This document shows positions 1 through 12,100 of a DNA stretch of 36,050 nucleotides, piece by piece. The first letter of the stretch is position 1. Every line of letters starts with the position of its first letter. The notes under the pieces are model-generated. The model searched no databases. It was given only the letters and a program-made list of their open reading frames with translations, and was not told the DNA's origin. The position numbers and the translations under genes are program-made. Source of the DNA: Octopus bimaculoides (lineage: Eukaryota); NCBI RefSeq assembly GCF_001194135.2, contig NC_068983.1:119531845-119567894 (forward strand), in the 5' to 3' direction.

Positions 1-285
1 TGTGATTGTTTCAGTTAGTGGAATAGTTTCATTTTTAAAGTGAAAGTATTTGACATGAGTGTTTTTGTTTCACTTTTGACACAATACTTAAATAGTGGAG
101 GAGATATTATGTTGCTGTGGGCTCGAACTCTGCAAGAAGTTAAAATTTTTTTTGACTAAAACACAACTGGAACCCTAAGTAAGGCATGTGTAAAATTTGA
201 ATGAAATTGGTTGCGTAGTTCTCGAGTTTTAGGGATTCACACACACAGACAGACAGACACACATTCTCATTTTTATATATATAGA
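1..285 (-). mobile_element. 5' part of a second copy of the same Helitron-type element
   Basis: Reverse complement closely matches 12528-12803, including the TC start and the (GTCT)n tract; continues beyond the window edge. Confidence 0.8.
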
Positions 286-864
286 TATTGTGTCAGCATT
301 TGAGGTTCTGTTAATCTTTGCTGTTTCATTTATTTAGAAAGATGAAAACTTTAACTCTTTAAAATCTTTCACTTTGTTTTACCAAGTAAAACATCCTTAC
401 ATCAATTCCTTAGATGTTGCTGTAAAAATAAGACCATTGCACTGTTTATTGATCCCGAATTTTGTTGTTTGCTAACCAGAAATATAAATAGATAATGAAA
501 ATAAAGACTTTTGTATTCAATGTTACATATTTGTTGAAGTTGGCAAGCTGGATGAAAATTAGATTACAGATTTGTTAATATCTGACAAAAATTGTTATTA
601 TAAATCCTTTCATCACTGAAATTTAGGTCCTTGGATTCATTTATATCATATTCCTAGAAAAATTAACTCTGTTAATCCTCTCCATGCCTTCCATAATAGC
701 AGTTGAAGCAGATTCTTCTGCCAGAATATAAAGGAACTGAGTGAGTGGTGCCAAGTGGTAGTTGTTCAGCTTTTGGTGAACTTTTATCCAGCAAACCTAT
801 GATCAAAGGTGGTCTAGTTATAACCATCCTTGCCATTTCTAGCAATTTGAGTGACTACATAGAG

Positions 865-1124
865 AAGTGGTTCTCAATCATTTTCATTTTGTGGCTCTCA
901 AAAAATTACTTGCACAGAAATTTGAAAGGAAACCACCACCATCATCATTTGGATTTTAAAATTCAAATCTTAGAGAAAAATATTGAAAAAATTGTTAGAT
1001 TTGTTTTGTTAGTAATACTTGTGTATAACAAAATTGTAATTACCATATTTTTGAAGGCCCTCAGATTTTCCTAAAAATCTGTTGTACTTCTAGGTAGTCT
1101 TTTGGTTACTGTTGAGAAACACTC
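865..1124. mobile_element. Older hAT-type MITE
   Basis: Ends aagtggttctcaa / ttgagaaacactc; flanks acatagag / tcatagac (6 of 8) as a decayed 8-bp TSD. Confidence 0.6.
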
Positions 1125-1745
1125 TCATAGACTATCTTAACATAGTGATTGGTTGTTGATGGTATGACAATCATGAATGGAAGCTTTAGTGATGGTCACA
1201 ATAGATACATGCAAGATACACTTGTTCGATGCTTGATAGAGTTTTAATTTTAGCAAGAAATTCTCTCTTGGCCATTTGATATTCTGTGTAGCAGCTAAAT
1301 CTTCAATGTATCTATCATTATCTTTCAAATAAAAACCACATATTTTAGGATTGATCAAAGTCTTTGAACAGAATGCCAAACGTAATGATTTTTCTTGGCC
1401 ACAGCTATAATGCCAATCAAAAGAAAATGCTGTTCTTTTTTAATCTCAGATCAGTCCTGATTAAACCAAACTATGATCAGAGGCATTCCTATTGCAGTTG
1501 TTCTGTCTTTTTAGCAATATCTAAGACTACATTAGCTAATGTGTTCTTTCTTTTTCATGACTAAGGAAGGATTTGAGAGTGATTCTAAAGAAGTTGATAC
1601 TGGTGTTGGATACTACTTAAAAAGTCCCTTATTATTCATATTTAACTTATATTTTTTTTTAGGATACTCAGTAATAAAAATGAATTTGTTATGTTTATTA
1701 CCATACAAATATATGTATAAGACTTACAACATTTATATTTTATAG

Positions 1746-1955
1746 GTTAAAGATCCTGACATTGATAGTCTCAAAGAGTCTATCAGTCATGGGAATGCGG
1801 AGGAAAAGAAGGTAATAAGTGAAAAGCGGTACATTATACTTTCTCGTGACTCCATTCGAATGATGGCTGAAGCAGAAGGTATTAGTAACTTAACTGATGA
1901 TGGGGCTCTACTTCTAAGTGAGGATCTTGGCTATCGAATCAGGGAAACAATTCAG
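1746..1955 (+). CDS. TAF6L: TAF6L coding exon (first identified in window; start of histone fold)
   Basis: tttatag|GTT acceptor, CAG|gtaaga donor, 210 nt, phase 0-0; VKDPDIDSLK..EKRYIILSRDSIRMMAEAEGISNLTDDGALLLSEDLGYRIRETIQ. Confidence 0.93.
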
Positions 1956-4900
1956 GTAAGAAATGAAATTGTTATTTCCAAAATTGACAAAAGTTAGTAG
2001 TTATAATAACCTGAGAAGCTGAATAAAGTAAACTTGTGTAGGTTCTTAAACTGGCTTTAGGCTGCAGCCCATGACACTAAGAAATTTTGATCCTGGAGGT
2101 TGAGGACTGTGGACACTGAGGTATGAATTGTGTTCAACATCTCATATTTGTGAAGAATATTTATACTGGTCTTCATCTAAACAATGAGTTGGTTATGTCA
2201 AGGCTGAGCCGATAAAGGAAATTTTTGTTACAGCTGCAAGGTCAATTAGTCACTGAGCATGCTATTTTTATATTGTTGATATTTAAATGTTGAAGATTCA
2301 CATTCTTTGTGACATCACTTATTGGTGGTTGTTGTGTTGATTAGCCTCAGACTCAGGAGACCGATGATCAAAGGCATTCTAGCCAGGACTACCATGTCTT
2401 TTTTCTTCCAGACACAGAGTATCTAGAAGTATATTATACAACATCCTTTTTTTTAAGACTATAGGGTAGTGTTTCTCAAACTTTTTTAATTATTATTTTC
2501 TTTTAGCAATATTTTTCAGTGTCCCCCCCCCCTCATATTTTAATGTAAAAAGTAAAGACCCATTTCGCTCATGAATGACCATGGGATTGCACCTAGAAAG
2601 TTCCCCTCCAAGGCACAAGTCTGAGCAAGGTTTTTATGGAAGACCAATTGTCACCTATCCATACCCGCCTCCCCTCTCCATGCCACCGACGTTGCCCAAA
2701 GGAAAGGCAAAGGCTGATACAACTTGGCACCAGTGACGTCGCAATTCATTTCTGCAGCCGAGTGAACAAGAGCAATGTGGAATAAAATGTCTTGCTCAAG
2801 AACACAACACACAGCCCTGTCTGGGAATCGAATGTACTTCCACATGATTGTAGGTCCAACACTCTATGCTTGTAATATCAGGCTAGAGTAATTTAATTTT
2901 GGGTAGTTGTTTGATGCAGGTGACGACTTACCATGGCACCACCCTATTATAAGTGAATATTTGATGCATTACTGTTTGACCATAGTTATTGACCCAACCT
3001 TTATCCATGTGACTTCAGCCTAACTTAGATGCACACTTTTTGTGCTTGTATAAGCCCCCATAGCTACCAGTTAAAATTTATCTCTGTATTCTGCTTTATT
3101 GCTGTATTTTCTATATGTTCACACACACACACTGATTTCTCTGCCCATGTGCTGGTTTACACATCTGTTTATACACATGAGTAGGTTATGAGATTAACAG
3201 GTGACTCTTATAGCTTGAATCAAAAGCATTCAATCATCATCATTTTCATCACACATTTGTGTTTTCCATGTTGGCATGGGTTGGATGGTTTGACAAGAGC
3301 TGGCAAGACTTGGAGCTGCACCAGAACACCAACCACTTTACAGTGTGTGCAGGGTGCAGTTTACGTGACACCAGCACTTGTAATGTGGCACCTTCGTCAG
3401 AGCTTCTTAGGTGGCACTTGCACCAGTGCTTTTTTTTTGTGGTACCAGCACTGATAGGGTCACCAAGGACCTTGCAAGACAAAAAAAAAACCCCTCGAGT
3501 GGGAGTGTAGTAGTGAGGGGGTATGGCTTAGTGCCAGTTGAGAGATTTAAGGTATAGAAGGGACAGATATAGTTGTCTTGCTGCAGAATAGATACATGGA
3601 TATGCCAGTTGGAAAATAAAGGAGAGTAAGATAAAGAGAGTGATAATGATTACAGTGACGGTGAAAATGTGTCTGGACATGCTTTTAAGGAACAGTGGAG
3701 GTGGTAATATAGGGGCTTGGACTGGGTGAGTAGCAAATGATAGAGAGAAATTTAGGAGAGGCTTGGGGACAAGGGTTGTGGTAGATATGTGAGAGCATTG
3801 AGGGCAATAGCAGGAAGCAAGGTGTTGATGATGGAGGGAAGATGTAGAAAAGAGGTGATTGGTGGAGACAGTAGGTGGGAGAAGAAAAGTAACTGCTGCT
3901 GATATCTATAATTAATTCCATAGTTGATATATACTCTTTTACTTGTTTCAGTCATTTGACTGTGGTCATGCTGGAGCACTGCCTTTAGTCGAGCAAGTCG
4001 ACCCCAGGACTTATTCCTTGTAAGCCTAGTACTTATTCTATCGGTCTCTTTTGCCGAACCGCTAAGTTACGGGGACGTAAACACACCACCATCGGTTGTC
4101 AAGCGATGTTGGTGGGGACAAACACAGACACGCAAACATATATACACACATATATACATATATACGATGGGCTTCTTTCAGTTTCCGTCTACCAAATCCA
4201 CTCACAAGGCTTTGGTCGGCCCGAGGCTATAGTAGAAGACACTTGCCCAATGTGCCACGCAGTGGTACTGAACCCGGAACCATGTGGTTCGTAAGCAAGC
4301 TACTTACCACACAGCCACTCCTACGCCTATATATTCAGTTTTATTTAATTACTCATTCACTTTAAAAAGTCTATTTTTGTTGTTTATGTCAGTATTATTG
4401 TCATTGCTATTATGATTGTAGCATTGTAGCAGTTTGTCATAATATTACATTTAAAATGTATTTTAAAGTTAATATTTAAACTGAAGATTAAGACCAAACA
4501 AAAAAACCCTGTACAGATGCATCTGTTGACCACCACTCTTCCTGCCAACCACCATCAATTGACCCCAGTATTGATATCAAATTTTCCACTTCATTGTCAT
4601 AGGATTGTTTTTGATCTGTCATCATCATCATCTGTCTGTTTTCCATACTGGCATAGCTTAGATGGTTCAACCCATGGCAAACCAAATAGCTGTGTAATGT
4701 TGTTGGTTGTTTCCATACAGCATCAATATAATTTTTTTTTCTGAAAGGGAGAATGTCCATTTCATATTTTCTTCAAACTTGTCCTATATTTTTGCATCTC
4801 CAGAATAACTATGTCATGCAAAATTTCAAATTTCTAGTCCTGTTTCTTGAGAAATGACACCTTTGAATTTTGACATTTTCAGTTTAATTTTAACACTACA

Positions 4901-6155
4901 TGATTCACAGAAAATAGCCATAAATAACACTAATCCCACCCATGCCAGCATGGAAGGCAGACATTAAATGATGATGAACACTTTGCATATTTGTTGTAGG
5001 CATGCAATAGTCCATAGAAACAATTAGCAAAATCTAAGCAAATGTCAAGAATCTTGTATGTCTTCTGGAATGTGTTAATTGTAGTTAGTCAACTATTTAT
5101 TAAAGAGCAAGTTATCACCAGAATGCAACACTAGTGGTTGTATAAGCTAGTAAAGAAGCCTCTACAGCAGTGATTCTCAACTATACTCCATATGACCCCT
5201 GAGGGTCCATGCAAGCAAATAGTGAATGGGAGATCCATGGTAGTATTTTAAGTGTCCATGAAAGAAATTTGCTTTAGGTGTATTTATTGCAAGAAACAGC
5301 TCTGTTTCTTTCTCTAATGTTTTGCATAATTCAAACTATATAAGTGAATGTTTGAAGAAGAAATAGGAATTTTGAAAGAAGTATCTATAAAACTAGTTTT
5401 TAAACATCAAATTGCTATAGGGGTTCACCAGAATAAAATAGTAATCAAAGAGGTCCATAGATAAAAAAAAAATGGTTGAAAACCACTGTTCTACAGAGTT
5501 GCTTGACCTACTTGAAATAGTAGCCAAATCTCAAATGATGTTCTACCATCTTAGAAAAGGAGACATTGGATAATTTTTTATTGTCTAGAAAAATTATAGT
5601 TACAGCTGAAATGCTTTTGATGATAGGTCTGCTTGATCAGAGCTGATCATACTTTGTTTGATCAAAGCTGATCTGTGACTAAACAACAACTGACCACACC
5701 ACATTATTGATAACAACTTGAGTTTAAAATTCAGTGTACAGTTAATTTGTTTTCAATGCTATTGAGTTTGTCATGCAGTTACATTTTTATTTGTTTACTT
5801 AAGTGCATCAAACTTCCCACAGAATGTACAATTAAGTAAAAGGAAAAAAAGATGAGAAATACTACTACCTTATCATGTTCTTTATCTTTTTTTAATATTG
5901 TATCAGGAAGTTTCATTCATATTTTTATCTGGTTTAGAACATCTTTTATCTTTTACTTGTTTCAGTCATTAGACTGCAGTCATGCTGGGGCACCACCTTG
6001 AACAATTTTTAGTCGAATATATCAACCCCAGTACTTATTTTTTTAAAAGTCTGATACTTCTATTGGTCTCCTTTGCCAAACTGCTAAGTTACAGGGATGT
6101 AAACGCACTAGCACTGGTTGTTAAGTGGTGGTGGTGGTGGTGGTGACAAACAGAG

Positions 6156-6196
<41 letters not shown>

Positions 6197-9100
6197 CATA
6201 CATATATGCGATGGGCTTCTTTCAGCTTCTATCTACCAAATCCACTCACGAGGCTTTGGTTGGCCTGAGGCGATAGTAGAAGACACCCAAGGTATCATGC
6301 AGTGGGACTGAACTCTGAACCGTGTGGGAAGCAGCTTCTTACCACACAGCCACTGTTGTTTTCCCTAATTCTTTTCATATAAAACATAGATTTACCTAAT
6401 AAATTTAAATTCTTCACACACAATCCATCCACCATTACATCACATCACATTCCATTGCACTATTAACCCTTGGAGTACTGTCCCACCTGAGACAGCCATG
6501 GATCTACGATAAAAGGCCTCCTGTTTCAAGTGATGTGAATTGAAACCTGTCTAAACATTGAATGAGTAAAATAGGAATCAAAGGGGTCCACAGGTAAAAA
6601 GTAGTTGAGAAACACTACCTTAGACACGTGAGAAATAGTAAGATGATGTGAAGTGGGTAGGGTGAGAGAAGGATGCACAGTGTCAGAAGTGAGAGTGGCT
6701 GTATATAGTGAATGATGAAAAATGTGGCAGGAGGTATCAGTGGTAGATATGTGGGAGTGTTCAGTGGAAAATAAATTGGTGAGGAATGATATTTAGAAGG
6801 CAGGATCAGGGACAAAAGGGAATGGCTTCAAGAAGAGAGAGAGCTAACTGGTAGTACAAATGAGGAATGAAATATGTGCAGTTCTGCTCTCATAAAATTA
6901 CAGCAGCTGAGTGAAAAGTGCTAAAGTCAGATGAGTGATGGCAGGATGGGTGTTAGGAAGATAGGTTTTGGGAAAGGCTTGTCAGGTGCAGATTAGGTGT
7001 GGAGGCATAGACATAAACGATTTTCTTTTAGGACCTCATTTTGGCTGAGATGGATGGGTCATCTTGAGTACAGCAAATCATCTATTATCTTGGCCCTTTG
7101 TTATCTCTTTTATGAGGCTCAACATCCTGAGGTCAATATTCACTACTTCGTCCATGTCTTCTCAGTCTCCCTCTTCCACAGGTTCCACCCACAAAGTGGC
7201 TGATACTTCGTTATGCAACTGTCTTCTTCCATATGTATCATATGATCATACCAACACAGTTTTCTCTCTCGCACTCTACACCTGATGCGGCTTATGCCCA
7301 ATTTTTCTCTCAACACATTTGCACTTTGTTATACTTGTGGACTGATATTACACATCCAATGGAACATGCTATTTTCATTTCTCTCTAGTCTTCCCATGTC
7401 CTCTGCATTCATGACCAACATTTCACTACCATGTAGTATAATTCTTTGTACACAAGCATCATACTATCTACCTTTCATTCTGAGAGAGGGAAACCATAGT
7501 TTCCCTCTACAGAGGTAGTACCTCTCTGACCTTTTCCAGTTGGTTCTTATTCTAGCAACTATACTTTTAGAATATTCTCCTCTGCTGCTACTTAAGGTCA
7601 CCTAAGTAACAGAAACTTTTTACTATTTCTAAAGATCCTACTAGGCATTTGAAAAAAAAATTTATTTCTCCTGTGTTCCTAATTTTTATTCTTCCTGCAC
7701 ATCTACCTCAAAGTCTACTTTCCCTGTTAATCTTCATGCTATTCCATTGCAACTCTTGTGTGTACATAGTTTGCACTGCATACAGCATATCAAATTTCTA
7801 CGTACACCTTTTCTATGTATTAAACACGGTCACTTTTCTGAAAAGTTAAGTGCGCTATCTGTTTCTCTTGTTGCTAGTCTTTTCTAAGTTAGCATGAAGT
7901 CCTTTCAATTCCATCCTTTGCTTCAACACTTGGAACATCAGCATAGAAACACTTTCTCCAGGTTGATGAAAACCAAGTACAGTGTGGCTTACTTTTGACT
8001 AAATACTTCTGCAGTTGCTCTACATGGAAGAGAGCATCAGTAGTACTTTTCCCTGGCACAAGCCTGAACTGCATCTTTTCTAATCTTTCTTCTTCATTAG
8101 TTGAGCTATAGCCTTCAGTTCATCTTTGGTGTTACAAGGAGTTTTGTTGGTCTCTTGCTCAACTGTGCCATACACGTAATAATCAAGGGGGTTGCAGTCT
8201 GGGGAGTTAGGTTGCCAGATGTTAGGGATGATGTGGTTGCAGAAATTGTCTGACAACCACGACTGGGTTCTCCTGCTTGTGTGGCATGAGGCAGAGTCCT
8301 GTTGTCAGCCACCCTCTTGACCCAGGCACTTGATGTAGGCCTCCATGTTGAGTTTGAGGCCGTGTGGGAAGATGAATGGAGACATAATATCGCCATCATT
8401 ACTAATCACTTCATGTGATGTCAAAACAAGGGTACACACAATCACACACTTATATGCACACACACACACACATACACATGTACACACACATGCCAGCATG
8501 GAAAATGGATATTAAAGGATGATGATGATGATACATGAGTGAGTGAGTGAATAAACAGAAGTAGCACTCAACACATTTGGATGGAATTACTTGTCTTTAA
8601 TAATATCTTGGCTTAGCTTACAAAAAGTTTCGCAGACATGGGACATGTCCACCTTGTCAGATGTTTCCACATAACTTTATGAAAGGGGTTGCTGAATCAA
8701 ACTGTTATTAAACATGTGGGTATGTAAGTGTGTGTGTATATATATGTCATCATCATCATCGTTTAACGTCCGCTTTCCATGCTAGCATGGGTTGGACGAT
8801 TTGACTGAGGACTGGTGAAACTGGATGGCAACACCAGGCTCCAATCTGGTTTGGCAGAGTTTCTACAGCTGAATGCCCTTCCTAACGCCAACCACTCAGA
8901 GAGTGTAGTGGGTGCTTTTACGTGTCAACTGCACGAAGGCCAGTCAGGCGATACTGGCAACGGTCACGCTCAAAATGGTGCATATTATGTGCCACCCGCA
9001 CAAGAGCCAGTCCAGGGGCACTGGCAATGATCTCGCTCGAAAATCCTACAAAGGCCAGTCAGGCGGTACTGGCAACGGCCACGCTCAAAATGGTGTATTT

Positions 9101-12100
9101 TATGTGCCACCCACACAAGAGCCAGTCCAGGGGCACTGGCAAGGATCTCGCTCGAAAATCCTTACACATGTCACTGGCACAAGAGCCAGAGAGGCGACGC
9201 TGGGCACAGGTGCTATCCCGATTTCTCTTTCGCTTGCCTTAATAAGTCTTCGCAAGCTGAGTTTCGTGTCCAATGAAGGAGACGACATTGGCACGGGTGC
9301 CAGTCGTCGAATTTAGTTCGATTTCACATGCCTCAACAAGTCTTCACAAGCAGAGTTTAGTGTCCAAATTCATAGAGTGACCAATGGTTTCGCATCCACA
9401 AAGGCCATAGCTTCATGGACAACTCATCAGACTTTCCGACTCCAAGAGGTGAAGAGTTAATTTTGTCTTTGGACTAGAGTCTGATAAGTCATCCATGAAG
9501 CTACAGCTTGCATGGATGTGAAACCATTGGTCACTCTATGATCAGACATTAACTTTATTGCTTTAATACTTTACTGCTCTATACTTTAGAGAGTGCTATT
9601 TATTTGGATATATGATACATTGACACACACACATACATACATACATACATACATACACACACACATGCGCACACACATACAAATATATAAATACATATAT
9701 TTTTTGTTTCCTATTTCAGAATAGTATTGAATTCATGAAACATGCTAAACGACGACGTTTAACAACTGAAGATATTAATGATGCTCTTCGAACAAGTGAT
9801 ATGCAGGTAAATATTAACTTTTACATTAACTCTTCAGCATTTAAACCAGCCATATCTGGCTCAAATATTCCATCTCTTTTATGTTCAAACTGACCAGATC
9901 CAGACTCTGACACCAAACCTACAATATCATTCTAAAAATAAACAGTCAGCAGTCACAACATTGGAATCTCAAAGTTTCAAGAGTTAAATACTCTCATTTA
10001 CTGAGCAGGTCTAGCTATTTAAACAGAATATATGCCATTTAATGATAAAGTATTAAGAATTAATGGCAACATTCAGTAATTATGTGTTATATATATATAA
10101 TATACACTTTTTAAATAAGACATATATGCTACATAAGCTGACAAGGTGTGGTTCAAATCACATTTTTATAGTGTAACTGGTCATAAGGTAGCTTTTGAAA
10201 TTTTAGAATTTTTATTGAAATTTATATTACAGTCTTGCCCTTCAAAGTAGTGTTGTAGCTATTCTCTCTACAGAGATTTTGAAGGTCATATCTATCAGGT
10301 CATCCCATAAGTTCTGTCTGAATTTTGAATAAAGAAAACAAGTGATCAAATGTTAATTTAATCATTGATGTACTTTCCTTGATTATCTATGACTTCCTTC
10401 CATCTATTTACAAGTTTTTTAATCCCATCAATGTAAAACTCTTTTGGTTTCAAAGTGAAGAATTCTGAAATGTCAGTTTCGACCTCCTCCTGGCTTGCGA
10501 AAGTTATGTCCTCTAAATGATTCTGTAAACTACGAAACAAATAGTAGTCTGAAGGAGCAAGGTTGGGAGAATAAGGAGGATGAGGAATTTTTTTCCCAAC
10601 CAAGCTCTTCGATCTTCTGTAATGTGATCTTTGCAGTGTGGGGGTCGCGCATTGTCCTGATGAAACACCACTCCTTTTCAATTCACTAAAGCGAGTCTTT
10701 TTTTCTTCAAAGCTTGGTTCAAACGCTCTAATTGCTGACAGTAGACTTGTGCATTGATTGTTGCGTTAGGCGGTAACAATTTAAAGTGAATTACTCCTTT
10801 GCATTCCCACCAGATAGAGAGAAGAACCTTTTTCTCATAAAGTTCCCTTCTTGGTTCTTTTACCAAGCCACTGTTTACAATGTTTAACATTTTGATAGAA
10901 GATCCATTTTTCGTCACCAGTCACAAGTCTATCCAAAAAAGGTGAAATGAGTTCATGAGAATGGAGAGAAGAGCAGATGTCAACTCTGGATTTGCGGTTG
11001 CTTTCGGACAATTCATGAGGCACCCATTTTCCAAGTTTAGGAACCTTTCCAAGTTGTTGAAGATGACGATAAACAGTTGTATGGTTTGAACTAAGCTTTA
11101 TTGCCAATTCTTCAACTGATAATGCAGGATTTTCTTCAAGTAATTCCTCAAGGAGCTTATCATCAGACTCAACTGGACGTCCTGTTCGATCTTCATCTTC
11201 AAGGCTGAAATCTCCACTTCTGAATTTTGCAAACCATCTTCTGCAAGTGCTTTCATTCAAGCATTCTTTCCCATAAATTGAGTGTATGTTTCAAATTGCT
11301 AAGGCTGCAGAGTTTCCTTTTTTGTACTCATAAAGCATTGTGTGCCTTAAATGCTCTTTGGATACTTCCATGTTAGAAAGGGTTTTAATTAAAGAAATTT
11401 TAATTCTATTATTCTGTAAGATAATATTTAATTAGTTTAAATGTACACAAATGCATTAAAATAATTTTTAATTCCATTAGACATTCTAAAATACTATTAA
11501 CTTTCATTCAATTTTAAAAAAGGTAAAATTAGACAGAACTTATGAGAATGACCCGATAATTCATATTCAGCTTTTGTTTTTAAGAAAACATGTTTACTTC
11601 TCTACTGGAAAATAAAATTATAATATTCAAAAGATCAGCATATTCTAAATCAAATTCAGGTTATATTTAATTTCTTCTTCAAATTAACTGCCAACTGATA
11701 TTTTTTTACACTCCCCCCATCATGCACTTTCTCTAATCCAGTGGCATATCAAAGGTTCTTAGAGTACAGAGACAAAGACACTTAATGTATCCCCACCTTA
11801 ATAGGCATGATAGGCTAGAGGAAATGTTGTGGTCCTGCACACCTGCATGCAAAGGTAGTATGGGTGGGGAGAGTCTAATGTGACTGTCCCTCCTCACCAA
11901 CCTCTTGATACTCTCTACTATACACTGCTAATATCTTATTTTATCAAACTGCAAACTATATATCATTTGTTCTTGTTAACTAAATCTTGTGAGGTGATTT
12001 TGAAGCAATCTTCACATTACTGTCCTTTTAACATATTGTTTGTATATAACTCATAATGTAGATCCATATCAAAACAGCTTTAGTATTCCAAATGTTCATA

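Noticed and set aside
300-1400. Protein-like stretches on both strands (e.g. ORF 1137-1379, EYQMAKREFLAKIK, ENFNSLKSF..INSLDV)
   Set aside because: Short, interrupted by stops, overlapping MITE and repeat fragments, and with no motif I can assign; BLASTX would be needed.
1420-1640. Plus-strand peptide NLRSVLIK..FLAISKTTL..GVGYYLK resembling the start of a LINE APE endonuclease
   Set aside because: The same DNA matches the old interspersed repeat seen at 2325, 5540 and 29468, catalytic residues are absent, and the similarity needs a frameshift; probably coincidental.
3929-4328. tRNA-like A/B boxes as a tRNA gene
   Set aside because: They head a dispersed SINE body and do not fold into a full cloverleaf; same for the other copies.
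8815-9316. Overlapping ORFs of 64-134 aa with internal repeats
   Set aside because: By-products of a GC-richer retroposon UTR with a 115-bp duplication; no start context or homology.
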